From contig CAVRVY010000001.1 of assembly GCA_963724765.1 (NCBI GenBank), positions 896,001 to 960,000 of the forward strand: a stretch of 64,000 nucleotides of DNA, given 5' to 3'. The notes under the pieces were generated by a model that saw only the letters and a list, made by a program, of their open reading frames with translations, made no database searches and was not told the origin of the DNA. Source of the stretch: an uncultured delta proteobacterium. Its GTDB lineage: Bacteria > Desulfobacterota > Binatia > Binatales > Binataceae. The position numbers were made by a program, and so were the translations under genes. Positions 29,741 through 40,154 of this stretch are shown here, piece after piece. Each line of letters begins with the position of its first letter. Within the stretch, counting starts at the first letter, position 1.

Positions 29741-31137
29741 TCACAGGCCCAGAATTTGCGGGCTCATGATGCCGTTAGGATCGAGCGTCTTTTTCAGCCT
29801 GGCAAGAGTGGTGTGATAGCGCCCGAACTGATCCATCATTGGCGCCCAGACCCGCCCCGACTTGTAGGGCACGCATCCGACAGACAGCAGATCGCGGCAG
29901 CACCGTTCGGAGGCCACTCGAATCTCGTCCCACTGCTCGCGCTCATCGTAAAAGACAATAACGGCGCCGTGTACGCCGCGTCGACAAAGCACCAGGCCCC
30001 CGGCCCAGATGAATTGAGGATAAGCCCGGCGGTTGCGCTCGATCATACTGAAAAAGCGCGGGATGTTCTCGTTCGCCATCGAGCACATCAGCAGCGCGCA
30101 CATCGAGCGGCCGAAATATCCGGCGTACGAGTACCAGAAACTGTTGTCGCGACGCAGTGTGGCGAAAAAGATTTCATCGAATATTGCGAACTCGCCGCCG
30201 CCAAAGCGGCCACTTTCGGCCACTATACGAGCGCGGTCGCGAGCCACTTCTTCGCGTGTGCCGCGGGCGTCCAGGGCGAGACAAAAGCGCGGCAGACTAC
30301 TTCGATCGAACTGCGGCCGCGCGGCCATCACCCGGGCTTCGATCGCCTTGTCTTCGTAGCCCGCGCCATACCAGAGATTGTGCGTCAGGTCTTTGATCTG
30401 CAGTGCGGAGATAAAGCGCGCGCCCGACTCATAGTCGGGAAAGCCTAAGGCGAAGGTCTCCTGATATTCGGGCTTGGGATGGACCCACAGCGCGATCCTG
30501 GTAATCACACCCAGGCATCCGTTGGCACCCAGGAACATCCCGGTCAGGTCAGGTCCCACCGCGTAGCGTGCGAAGAAACCCGCATCGGCCAGCGCCGCGC
30601 TGCCGGTGCGCATGAGCTCTCCGATGGGCAACACTACTTCCAGCCCCGCGACCTCGTCCCCCGTGCTCTGATAGCGTGGCGAGCCGGTTCCCAGGCCATG
30701 AGAGGCGATAGCGCCGCCCACTGTGCCAGCCGCGCCGGTGAGCGGCACCACGCCCAAGGTCAGTCCGCGCGGGCTCAGTTCCGCCAGCAGCGCGCCGTAG
30801 GTCACGCCCGGCTCGACCAGCACGAGTCCGCGATCTTCATCGATCTTAAGGACACGGTTGAGCGCCGACATATCGAGCACTATCGCGCCGTCGCAGGGAT
30901 TCGCGCCGCCGGCATAAGTCGATCCGGCAGCCGCACGTACAGCGGCACTTTGCGGCGATTGGCGGTGCTGACTGCGGCGACCACATCGTCCACGCTACGA
31001 GCGATAACCGCTGCTGCCGGATTGCCGCCAGGCGCGATCGAGGTGTCGCGCCGATAGCCAAGCAGGTCGACCTTGTCTTCGAGGACGGCCGCGCCGCCCT
31101 GGCCGGCGAGTTCCGTTCCCAGTTGGCTCAGTTTCAT
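29741..31137 (-). pseudogene. FAD-binding oxidoreductase (GlcD/VAO family), frameshifted at ~30931
   Basis: N-terminal 85-aa ORF joins the 379-aa ORF if one base is added (VRAAGSTYAGGANP..GAIVLDM); VEPGV, GTVGG, DPNGIMSP. Confidence 0.8.
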
Positions 31138-32353
31138 GACGAAATCGACCTCAGGCGGAAGTGAGTATCGATGAATTCAAACAGTCCCATCACCGGGGGC
31201 AAGCCCGCCATTTGCGACCGGTGCAGATGGGCGGCACAAAGCGGGCTGGCGCTCAGTACCACGGCCGCGCCAGCGCGGGCAAAGGATTGCAGCTTGCCCT
31301 CGGCCATGCGCGCCGCGGATTGCGGGCTTACCTGCGGCATTCCGCCGGCCGCGCCGTAGCAGACAGCATAGTTCGCCTCGTCCGCAACCGAGGCCGTTTT
31401 GCATCCCAGGCGCGCCAGCAACGCACGTATCCGGTGCGGAAAGTTCGCGGCGCCGGCAACGCCGTGGCTTTTCTTGCTCAGATGGCAGGGATCGAGAAGG
31501 CCCACCGCGCCGGCAACCGCGACGCCCGCCTTGGACTCAAAGCCGGCCCGGCCCTCTGCGACCGCGCGCTCGATTAGATCGAAAGCGTGAACCACCGCGA
31601 GCCCATCGGCGAGTTGCGCGCCAAGATTTTCCAGGCATTCGGCTCCTGAGGCTACGACACTGCGGCATCCGCTGCGGGCGACCGCCGCGCTCAAAGCCTG
31701 GCGCTCGTTCTCGGCTTCGGCCGCGTAGCCGATCTCACCAAGCGGAGCGCCGCAGCAGCGCGCCTGAGCGGGGGGCAGCAGCCTCACTGGCACGCCGGCT
31801 TGATGCAGAATCGACACGGTTGCGCGCGCCTCGGCCGGCGCATCGTAACTTGCGGCGCATCCGGGAAGATAGAGAGTCGCGGCGTCAGCGGCGATGCCGT
31901 CGAGCCCCTCGGCCCACCGGTTGCGTGCTTCGAGCGGTGCGCCCGCTGGATTGTGATGTTCGGCGACGTTAACGCCAATAGCGGCAATCGGCTCGGGCGC
32001 GAGACCTTGCGGACCATCGCGGCCCGAATCTGCTTGACCAGATGCGCCGGCCGCAGGCCTACCGGACAAACTTCTTCGCAGTTGCCGCAGGTGGTGCAGT
32101 TGAAAAAGCGCTCGATCAACGAGTTGACCGGCAGCTCCTCACCTTCCAGCATCGCGCGCGCCGCAGCCAGATAACCCTTGCCCGAATAACCGGGCGCGAG
32201 GTTGTGATGGGCGAGCGTGGGGCATACATGCTGAATTCCTCGCTCTTCCCAGTGCATTTCGACGCAATAATTGCAGCGTAGGCAGTGATAAAGGTTCTCC
32301 ACGAAGGGTTCGGCCGCCTGAGCCAGTGCCGTCTTTATCGCACCTTGCGCCAT
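31134..32353 (-). pseudogene. (Fe-S)-binding/CCG-domain oxidoreductase (GlpC/HdrD/GlcF-like), frameshifted at ~32005
   Basis: CLRCNYC..CP and CTTCGNCEEVCP clusters in one frame; PGC, CCG, DPCH in the next; second CCG reads CYG. Confidence 0.8.
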
Positions 32354-32688
32354 CTAACACCCGAGCGAAATTTTCAATTTCAACCCTTATCGATACTCAG
32401 CCGATATTCGCAAACGCAACACGCGGTTTGCAAACCGTGAAAAGTGCCTCAGGGCCAACGGTGGCGTACTGTTCGACCGAGCAAAATTGGACCTTGCTTC
32501 ATTTTGAGGTCCTACGACCAAAGTCCAGTTTCAAATGATTTTGCCTTGGACAATTATCTGTCAATGCGGCGAGCCGCTCTCACAGGCAAGCCCGCACGGA
32601 CACGAGCCTCAGCAAGGATAGGGCACCGAACAGCGCAGGAGCAGTCACGCGAAAAGCTATGTCATAAATAACATTAGGGAAAAAACCA

Positions 32689-33222
32689 ATGATTAACAGA
32701 ATCGAATTCCTATGCTTATTGAAACGAGCCGGCTGCTGGTCAATCGCTGGTGCAGTACTGTCAGTAACCATGCTCCTTCCAATTCGCGCCGCCGCCCAGA
32801 GTGAACTGTACGCTTATCCCTTAAAGAAGCAGAGTAACGAACAACAGGATAGAGATCGCTATGAATGTCATTCCTGGGCGGTCCGACAAACCGGATACGA
32901 TCCGAGCAGAGCTTACCCAAGCGATCCTACCCACCTTGATCCGCAGCCCTATCGGCCATCGCAGCCGCACGTCGTGAAAGGTGCGGCTCGTGGCGCCGCG
33001 CTCGGTGCGGTCGGAGGTGCGATAACCGGCAACGCGGGCGGGGGAGCGGCAGCCGGAGCGGCGATGGGTGGGCTGGCTGGCGGCTTTCGCCGAAGAGACG
33101 AGAAGCGCCAATCCGCCGCTCAGCAGCAAGCCAAGGCATCGTCAGCGGTCACGTCGCAACAATCGAAGTACACGCGGGCAATGGCCGCATGTCTGGAGGG
33201 CCGGGGATATAGCGTGAAGTAG
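32689..33222 (+). CDS. Secreted glycine-zipper protein (YMGG-like), paralog 1
   Basis: Signal peptide, YAYP..QS..QQDRDRYECHSWAV.QTG.DP, GAARGAALGAVGGAITG zipper, AMAACLEGRGYSVK. Confidence 0.85.
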   Translation: MINRIEFLCLLKRAGCWSIAGAVLSVTMLLPIRAAAQSELYAYPLKKQSNEQQDRDRYECHSWAVRQTGYDPSRAYPSDPTHLDPQPYRPSQPHVVKGAARGAALGAVGGAITGNAGGGAAAGAAMGGLAGGFRRRDEKRQSAAQQQAKASSAVTSQQSKYTRAMAACLEGRGYSVK

Positions 33223-33229
33223 CTTTGCT

Positions 33230-33691
33230 TGTCCCGACGCGCTGCGACGCGGGTTCCATTCGTCGGGCTGTGATCGTCGTGCCCGCTGTGGCCGACTACG
33301 CATCGTGGTCGGCTGGCTGCGTCGATAGCGCCGCGCAAAGCAGCGGCAGCGCGGCCGCCACGACGCTCAGGATCACGTACGTGCGGCGCCATCCGAGATG
33401 CATGATGAGTTCGCCCGAGAGCGGCACAATCGCGAGCGTGCGGCTCCAATTCCCCCGACGGCTAGGACGAGCGCCGTGTTGCGCCGCCGATCGAACCATC
33501 CCGCTGAGCGCGAAATAGAGCGCGGCTGCGATCGAGAAGATCGCCGAAGTGGCCTCGCGGGTGGTGCCGAACTCCTGCGCTATCGGCTTGAAGACGCATC
33601 GAAGCTGTATGCCACGCCGAAGAAGGTGAAGCAGGCGAGGGATCCCTTCGCGACTGTCGAACACGCGCGGTCGAGTCGAAGGTTTCGCCAA
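33230..33691 (-). pseudogene. Fragmented MFS transporter remnant (OFA-like)
   Basis: Frame-broken SLACFTFFGVAYSF..FKPIAQEFGTTREATSAIFSIAAALYF followed by deleted and scrambled segments. Confidence 0.6.
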
Positions 33692-33936
33692 TGACGGCGT
33701 TTGTGTTAGCTTTCTGACCCGACAAGATCACTTATGAGTTTGTTTGGCGCGTTTCTATAGGACGCCAGCCAGCCAGGCGTGGCACATCATGCCATGACGA
33801 TAAAGCGCTCCGAATGGTCGTCGGAGGACGCCCTGTCTTGGTTAGGCCGTTTGTACTGACCGCTTGCCGTCCAATCAGAATGATAAGCGTATCTTCCGAA
33901 CCGACGGTAGAGACTAACATGGAGCGTCTAAGACAG

Positions 33937-33965
33937 TTGACAAAGTATCATAGATGGAATAGCAT
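33937..33965 (+). promoter_or_regulatory. Putative sigma70 promoter for the tad cassette
   Basis: TTGACA-17 nt-TAGCAT, ~55 nt upstream of the first tadE. Confidence 0.55.
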
Positions 33966-34018
33966 AAGAAAGAACAAATTAGACCGCAACAAGGCCGAGA
34001 CGCGCTAAGGACGCACGT

Positions 34019-34543
34019 ATGCCAATGATTAGGCACCGCATAGCGAACGGAGCGAATCCGACCCTCCCTATGAGGGTCCGAGCTCGCAGGCCTTGGCCAA
34101 TCAGCGGACAGGCCTTGGTCGAATTTCTCCTGGTCGCACCGTTGTTCTTCTTTCTGATCTTCGCGGTGTTCGATTTCGGACGCCTGTTCCTTGTGGAAAT
34201 GGAAATTGAAAATGCGGTGCAGGAGGCGGCTCGGTTCGCTTCCACAGGGGACCACCTCCCGGATCCCAATAATTCCGGGCAGTCTCTCTCGCGCGTGAAC
34301 TCGATCATCGCGACCGTTCAACAGGCGGCGTTTGGCACGGAGATAACGAACATTCAGATCTCGAGCTTGCTGGGCGGTAACGGCAGCGCGGGCGGCCCGG
34401 GAGACACGGTCACGGTCGCAGTCACCACCAACCTCAAGCTGATGACGCCGATCGTCGCGCGTGGTTTTCCGAATGGGGCCTATACTTTCATATCGAGCGC
34501 CACTTTCAAAAATGAGCCTTTCCCCGCCAGCGAGACGAATTAA
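34019..34543 (+). CDS. tadE: TadE/TadG-like pseudopilin
   Basis: Class III prepilin motif GQALVEF + hydrophobic helix, AVQEAARFA. Confidence 0.88.
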   Translation: MPMIRHRIANGANPTLPMRVRARRPWPISGQALVEFLLVAPLFFFLIFAVFDFGRLFLVEMEIENAVQEAARFASTGDHLPDPNNSGQSLSRVNSIIATVQQAAFGTEITNIQISSLLGGNGSAGGPGDTVTVAVTTNLKLMTPIVARGFPNGAYTFISSATFKNEPFPASETN

Positions 34544-34557
34544 TTGGGAGTAGCAGC

Positions 34558-35121
34558 ATGAGACACTCATGGCATCCCGGTTCAGTGGGCAGGAGGATGG
34601 CAGCGGGCGAATCCGGCCAGGCGGCGGTGGAGTTTGCGCTCGTTGCGGGCCTGATGCTCGTGCTCTTCTGCATGGTGGTCGATTTCAGTCGCGCGATCCA
34701 CGACGTACAGGTTATGGCAGGCCTATCCAGGGAAGGCTCCAACCTGGCATCGCGCGGGACCGATCTGTTGGACTCCGCCAATGCCGTGCTTAGCGGGGAC
34801 TCGCCATTGAATTTGAGCATCAACGGAGAAGTGATCATCACTTCGGTCACCAACACTACGACCAGCGGCCGCGGCGGAAGAGGGACGACTTATTTAATTA
34901 ACGATCAGCAGCATGCTGGGCTGAATACCCAGACCAGCAAGGTGGGGAACCTGAGCTCACCAACGACAGTGACTCTGCCAGCATCGGTAGCCGACATGCT
35001 GCTGCCCGGCCAGACGACTTACGTAACGGAGGTATTCTACTCATACAAGCCGGTAACTCCGATTCATAATTTGCTGAAGCTGGTGATGCCTTCGACCCTA
35101 TATCAGGTGGCGTACTTCTAG
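34558..35121 (+). CDS. TadE/TadF-like pseudopilin
   Basis: GQAAVEFALV prepilin motif, REGSNLA. Confidence 0.85.
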   Translation: MRHSWHPGSVGRRMAAGESGQAAVEFALVAGLMLVLFCMVVDFSRAIHDVQVMAGLSREGSNLASRGTDLLDSANAVLSGDSPLNLSINGEVIITSVTNTTTSGRGGRGTTYLINDQQHAGLNTQTSKVGNLSSPTTVTLPASVADMLLPGQTTYVTEVFYSYKPVTPIHNLLKLVMPSTLYQVAYF

Positions 35122-35171
35122 GACCTGGGAGAGGACATTACTCATTTAAGACCGGGGAGAGGACTAGTCAC

Positions 35172-36380
35172 TTGGGGTTAACTAACAATCAACGATACGC
35201 GCGCGCGCAAATCTTCGCGCTGTTTGCGCTCAGCCTTCCAATTGTCATCCTATTCGTCGGTCTCGCAATTGACCTTGGCTTTGCCTTCGTCGCGCGGGCT
35301 GACCTCTCGAAGGCCGTCGATGCCGCCGCGCTCGCGGCCATGCGCAACATCGGCAATCCCAGCGCCAATCCCACGACGATCGCGCAAAGCGCCTTCGATG
35401 CCAATTATGGAGGGGGGGTTGGACGCGAAGTGGCTCCGCCCGTGCTCAATGTCGGCATTACTACGGATGCCAACAACAACGCGGTGATAAACGTCAGCGC
35501 CACCGCCACGATCAACACCTTCTTTCTCGGCGTGCTGCCGGGGTTTAGAACCTTGCAGGTCAGTTCCAGCGCCCAGGCGACCCGCCCCAAACTGATCATG
35601 GCGCTGGTGCTGGACAAATCGAACTCCATGAATAAGAACGGCGGAGCGCAAGCGCTTCCAACTGCGGTCACGAACTTTCTGCAATTCTTCGACAATACCA
35701 CGGATCAGGTCGCGGAAATCAGTTTCTCCTCGGTCCCGAGCGTCGACGTCCCCATCGAGACAAATTTCGTGGCCCCCATAACCAAAGCGGTCGATAATAT
35801 GGTGTTCAGCGGCGCCACCTATTCGCAAGGCGGACTGTTGGATGGGCAGACTCAGATCAACAGCGTGACCGTGGCGTCGGGCGAAGACGTGGTCAAGGTC
35901 GCCATCTTCTTTACCGACGGCTGGGCCAACACGGTCGAGGACAAGCTGAATTGCCCTCCGTCCACGCTGCTGAACTTTGGCGGATGCGCTCCTAACGAGG
36001 CTACCTTGGGTTGGTGCAGCGGCATCTCTTTCCTGAATCCGACCACGGGCAATGGGGTCAACTGCGGTGCGACGAGTTTCCCCTCGGAGCAGACAGGTGG
36101 GTCGTTGTCGCTTACGCAGCAGAACATCGCCAATGAAGCCGCGTATCGCGCGGTACAAGTGGCAAATACCATGCGTACCCAGGGTATCGTGGTTTATTCG
36201 ATCGGCTTGGGTGACCTGATCAGCGAGCCTTTTCTCCACCAGATCGCCAATGACAGTGACAGCACCACGTACGATTCCAGCGAACCGGTGGGACAGGCGG
36301 TGTTCTCAGCCAATGGGAGCGGTTTGGACAGCGCCTTTCAGACCATCGCTTCGGCGATCCTTTTGCGCCTGTCACGATAG
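35172..36380 (+). CDS. tadG: TadG-like pilus tip protein with VWA domain
   Basis: Tad N-terminus (GLAIDLG...AVDAAALAA), MIDAS DKSNS, FFTDG, VYSIG. Confidence 0.85.
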   Translation: MGLTNNQRYARAQIFALFALSLPIVILFVGLAIDLGFAFVARADLSKAVDAAALAAMRNIGNPSANPTTIAQSAFDANYGGGVGREVAPPVLNVGITTDANNNAVINVSATATINTFFLGVLPGFRTLQVSSSAQATRPKLIMALVLDKSNSMNKNGGAQALPTAVTNFLQFFDNTTDQVAEISFSSVPSVDVPIETNFVAPITKAVDNMVFSGATYSQGGLLDGQTQINSVTVASGEDVVKVAIFFTDGWANTVEDKLNCPPSTLLNFGGCAPNEATLGWCSGISFLNPTTGNGVNCGATSFPSEQTGGSLSLTQQNIANEAAYRAVQVANTMRTQGIVVYSIGLGDLISEPFLHQIANDSDSTTYDSSEPVGQAVFSANGSGLDSAFQTIASAILLRLSR

Positions 36381-36573
36381 AACCTGGAGCGGTTTTCGTC
36401 CCGAATCGCAGAGCCGAGGCGGAGGCGACTCAGCGGCATCCGGACCGTTGGTGCTAGCCCGCGCCATGGCGTTCCACGCGCATCGCGAAGGGCGCCCCTT
36501 CGCTTTATTCGATGGCGATACCTCGCGGCTAAGATCTCTAGGCAGGATATCGCAGCACTGGCGGGAAGAAAGT

Positions 36574-36624
36574 TGGTTGCCGAGGGCAAGACTTGAACCC
36601 GCATGTGCTTGCGCACGGAGGATT
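36574..36624 (-). other. Degenerate 3' half of a tRNA-Leu gene (att-site remnant)
   Basis: Minus strand AATCCTC-CGTGCGCAAGCAC-ATGCGGGTTCAAGTCTTGC-CCTCGGC-AACCA: anticodon 3' stem, long variable arm, T-arm, acceptor strand and CCA; no 5' half upstream. Confidence 0.72.
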
Positions 36625-36927
36625 CACCCGACAGATAGACGGCGATGCGTCGTGATCTGTCATTATCAAGCATAATCAAGGCTTTTTTCGATCCATCGGG
36701 ACCGCCAAAGAACCCGTTCAGACCGATAGCGCTCGATAGAACAGCCAAAGTCGAGCCAAAGTCAAAGGCGATCCGACCCTCTTCGATCGCCATTAATTCC
36801 GAATCCGAAATTCAGGTCAACTCCGAGCCGCAATCTCGAGCGCGGCGACGATCATCGCTGCGCACGAGCGTGGGGGTGCGCCGACGGATCGTCGAGCGCG
36901 ATCTCGGGACGCTCAGTGAGGTGTAGT

Positions 36928-37596
36928 ATGGCCGCAAATCCTTACGTCGAAGCGCGTCGCGAGTGGGATGAGCGTTACGCTGATCTCGTTCTCGGCAAAC
37001 GCAACTGGCAGATAGCGGCCGGCGGGCTGCTGCTGCTCGCGCTGATTCTCGCCAGCGGGATGGTCTGGCTCATCAGCCGAAGCCGCTACATTCCCTACGT
37101 CGTCGAAGTCGACAAACTCGGATACGCGCTGACCGTTCCGCAGCCGCTGACGCCCGTCTCCGTTCCGGATGTAACCGCGCGAATGCAGCGCTACGAAGTC
37201 GCGGCATTTATTCGCAATGCGCGGTCGGTCACCAGCGATTCGCAGGTCGAACATCAGATGCTCAATGCGCTGCTCGCACATGCACGCGGCGCGGCGGACA
37301 GATTCCTCGACGCCTACTACCACTCCGACGGCTTCACTCATAACCCTTTCAAACTCGCGGAAAAGCAAACCGTTTCGATCCAGATCGATTCGATTCTCCA
37401 GCTCTCGCCCAGCAGCTACCAGGTGCGCTGGTCGGAGCAGCAACGCGATCTGAACGGAGTCGTTATCGGAGCGCCCACGCACTGGGAGGCGGTACTGCAG
37501 ACGCAGATCGTCCCACCCAATTCCGACGCCGCGATCATAAGCAATCCGCTCGGATTTTACGTGACGCAGATCACCTGGACCGAGCAACAGGGATAG
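36928..37596 (+). CDS. trbF: Conjugal transfer protein TrbF/VirB8
   Basis: NPYVEARREWDERY...RNWQ, PYVVEVD, SYQVRW.E, NPLGFYV. Confidence 0.92.
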   Translation: MAANPYVEARREWDERYADLVLGKRNWQIAAGGLLLLALILASGMVWLISRSRYIPYVVEVDKLGYALTVPQPLTPVSVPDVTARMQRYEVAAFIRNARSVTSDSQVEHQMLNALLAHARGAADRFLDAYYHSDGFTHNPFKLAEKQTVSIQIDSILQLSPSSYQVRWSEQQRDLNGVVIGAPTHWEAVLQTQIVPPNSDAAIISNPLGFYVTQITWTEQQG

Positions 37597-37620
37597 ACGG
37601 ACCAGAAGGGAGGAAGCGCG

Positions 37621-38568
37621 ATGAAGTCTATAGCCGCTGGCAGTGTGACGTTCGCACTCTTGCTGAGTGCATGTGCGAGTCAACAACAACCGCCCGCGCC
37701 ACCGCCGCTGAAAATCGTAACAGAGGCTCCGGCTGAGTCGGGCGCAACACCACCACCGCCGACCGGAGCGCAACTGCTCGCGCAGCAGCCAGCCGAAGTG
37801 CAAGCCGCGATCAAAGAGCATCAGCAAAATGGCAAATGGCCCGTCTACCGAACGTCCGAGTACACGCTCTATCCGTACAACCAAAAACCGGAGCCGGCGG
37901 TCGATTGCTCGCCACTGCGCACCACCGACATTCAGCTGCAGCCGGGCGAGACGATCACCGACGTTGCACTGGGAGATACCGAGCGCTGGATGGCGACGCC
38001 GGCCGCCTCCGGCGACCCGCGCAATGCTGTTCCTCATCTGGCGGTGAAGCCGCAGGTTCCGGGAATCGAAACCAACCTGACGATCTACACGACGAAGCAT
38101 ATTTACCACTTGCTGCTCCGGTCGCGCGGACGCGCGATGCAAGAGGTGGAGTTCTACTACCCCGACGAGCTGTCCACGGCGATGAAAGATGCCGACGCTG
38201 CCTCCGCGAGCGCCAAGCAGGAAGAGGCCGATCCGCCGGGTGATTCCGACAACGTCGTGAAGGTGGCTGCGGTCGATCCGGCACAGCTTAACTTTGCCTA
38301 CACCGTCGCAGGGCCAAACATTCCGTGGAAGCCCATTCGTGCCTTCGATGACGGCTCTCACGTGTATGTGCAGATGCCGGCCGGAATGAAGTCGAGTGAG
38401 ACTCCCGCGCTGCTCATCAACGCCGGCAGCGGAACCCAGATGGTGAACTACCGGGTCAAAGGAAATTACTACGTCGTCGACCGGCTCTTCAGCGACGCGA
38501 TCCTGGTTTCCGGCGTCGGCCGCGATCAGGACCGCGTGACCATCTCCTATGCAGGCGGAACGAGGTAA
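37621..38568 (+). CDS. trbG: Conjugal transfer protein TrbG/VirB9
   Basis: Lipobox LSAC, TDIQLQPGE, GDTERW, W.P.RAFDDG..VYVQMP, VNYRV. Confidence 0.92.
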   Translation: MKSIAAGSVTFALLLSACASQQQPPAPPPLKIVTEAPAESGATPPPPTGAQLLAQQPAEVQAAIKEHQQNGKWPVYRTSEYTLYPYNQKPEPAVDCSPLRTTDIQLQPGETITDVALGDTERWMATPAASGDPRNAVPHLAVKPQVPGIETNLTIYTTKHIYHLLLRSRGRAMQEVEFYYPDELSTAMKDADAASASAKQEEADPPGDSDNVVKVAAVDPAQLNFAYTVAGPNIPWKPIRAFDDGSHVYVQMPAGMKSSETPALLINAGSGTQMVNYRVKGNYYVVDRLFSDAILVSGVGRDQDRVTISYAGGTR

Positions 38569-38573
38569 CGGTC

Positions 38574-39698
38574 ATGGCAACTGCAGACCTGATCCAGGAA
38601 CAGGAAGAGCAGGAACAGGAGCACCTCGGGGGCGGCCGGTTCAATCGCCTCCTCGGCGTTGTTTTCGTCGCGGTCGCGATGGTCGGAGGAGTGGCGCTTG
38701 CACTCGGTGTCCAGTCCTCAGGAAGCAGTCAGAGCTCCGCTTCCCAGAAATTGGCGGACGACCCAGGCTCGGCAGCCCGAGACCGGGGCGAAATCGAGGA
38801 CCTCGCAGCTCATGGCGCACTGCCTCACGCGGTGCCGACGGTGGTGTCGATACCGGCCCTGCCGATCTCACAGGCCCCCGTTCAGCCCAGCGCGCCCAAG
38901 CCTCCCAGCCGGTACGCGCAATGGGCCGAAGAGAAGTACATGAAGGCGCTCGAATCGCCGGAGATGGTGCAGGCGTTTCATAGCGGCGGAACCCTGGAGA
39001 TCGCGAGCGCTAAAGGACAGCAAGCCGACTCGTATATTTCCGGTGATCAAAGCAACCCGACGATAAGCGTTCATCCCGCAGCTTCGCCCTACACGGTGAT
39101 GGCTGGAAGCATTCTTCCAGCTGTCCTGATTAGCGGCATCAATTCGGATCTGCCTGGACCGATACTCGCACAGGTCAGCCAGAACGTGCTCGACAGCGCG
39201 ACCGGAAGGTCAGTTCTCATCCCGCAGGGGAGCCGCCTCATAGGCGCCTATCAGAATGCGTCTTCATACGGTCAGCAGCGGGTTCAGATCGCGTGGCAGC
39301 GGCTTATCTTTCCGAACACCGCCAGCATGAATCTGCCGATGATGCCCGGCGCCGATCAGAGCGGCTACGCCGGCTTCTCCGATCAGGTCGATCACCACTA
39401 TCTCGCAACGTTTGGAACTGCCGCCGTGATGAGCCTGATCAGCGCCGGCCAGGCCGTCGGCCAGATGGCTGCATTCGGCGGCGGCACCTACGGACCCTAT
39501 GGCTACTACCAGCCGAATCAATGGGCGATGGCGAGCCAGACGGCCGGTTCAGCCGCCTCGGGACAGTTCGGGTCCCTGGGTCAGCAGATGATGGGGCAGG
39601 GATTGAATCGGCCGCCAACGATTGAAATCCGGCCGGGCTACCAGTTCGACGTGATGGTTACCCAGGACCTCGTATTCCCCGGCCCCTATGGGAAGTGA
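38574..39698 (+). CDS. trbI: Conjugal transfer protein TrbI/VirB10
   Basis: AGSILPAVLISGINSDLPG, IPQGSRLIG.Y, GYAG..DQVD.H, PTIEIRPG. Confidence 0.92.
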   Translation: MATADLIQEQEEQEQEHLGGGRFNRLLGVVFVAVAMVGGVALALGVQSSGSSQSSASQKLADDPGSAARDRGEIEDLAAHGALPHAVPTVVSIPALPISQAPVQPSAPKPPSRYAQWAEEKYMKALESPEMVQAFHSGGTLEIASAKGQQADSYISGDQSNPTISVHPAASPYTVMAGSILPAVLISGINSDLPGPILAQVSQNVLDSATGRSVLIPQGSRLIGAYQNASSYGQQRVQIAWQRLIFPNTASMNLPMMPGADQSGYAGFSDQVDHHYLATFGTAAVMSLISAGQAVGQMAAFGGGTYGPYGYYQPNQWAMASQTAGSAASGQFGSLGQQMMGQGLNRPPTIEIRPGYQFDVMVTQDLVFPGPYGK

Positions 39699-39730
39699 GT
39701 CTGCAATCCAATCCGCGAAGGAGAAATGCG

Positions 39731-39976
39731 ATGGGAGTTCTCAAACGCAAACAGGAAAGCGAAGCGATCACCTTCAAGCTGCCCGCCTCGTTAAAGCGTG
39801 AGATCGAGCAACTGCGCAGCCGGGCCGAAGACGCCGGCTTCGATCTCGGCGAGACGATTACGGCTGCAATGTGGCGGCTCTGCAAGCAGATCAAGACCGA
39901 GCTCGAATGTGCGCCTCGTCCGGGCCGGAAACTGAATGGCCGTGCAACTGAAGCTTCGACGGAGAAAGTGCAGTGA
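39731..39976 (+). CDS. Small ribbon-helix-helix-like DNA-binding protein
   Basis: AAGGAG RBS; ITFKLPASLKREIE beta-alpha pattern; adjacent to putative oriT. Confidence 0.55.
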   Translation: MGVLKRKQESEAITFKLPASLKREIEQLRSRAEDAGFDLGETITAAMWRLCKQIKTELECAPRPGRKLNGRATEASTEKVQ

Positions 39977-40043
39977 CGATTTTCAGGAATTTCTCCGCCG
40001 CTTTGCGGCGCGCGGAAGGAGTGGATTCGGAGGGTGCGCTGGA

Positions 40044-40144
40044 GAGGGGGAAGGGCCGGTCGTTCGTAGAGCAAGATAAAGGACCTGCGGTACGGCACGG
40101 CATTTTCGGCGGATTCTCGAACGAACTCGCGGCCTTTCCCCCTC
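40044..40144 (-). other. Putative origin of transfer (oriT), MOBP-type nic site
   Basis: Minus strand CCTTTATCTTGC (40071-40082) resembles the RP4-type TATCCTG/C nic; enclosed by inverted repeat 40044-40057 / 40131-40144. Confidence 0.65.
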
Positions 40145-40154
40145 GGAGGCGGCC

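Noticed and set aside
36338-36926. ORFs spanning the tadG-trbF gap
   Set aside because: They cross the tRNA-derived att remnant; possibly gene debris, but I could not assign a product or identify trbL.
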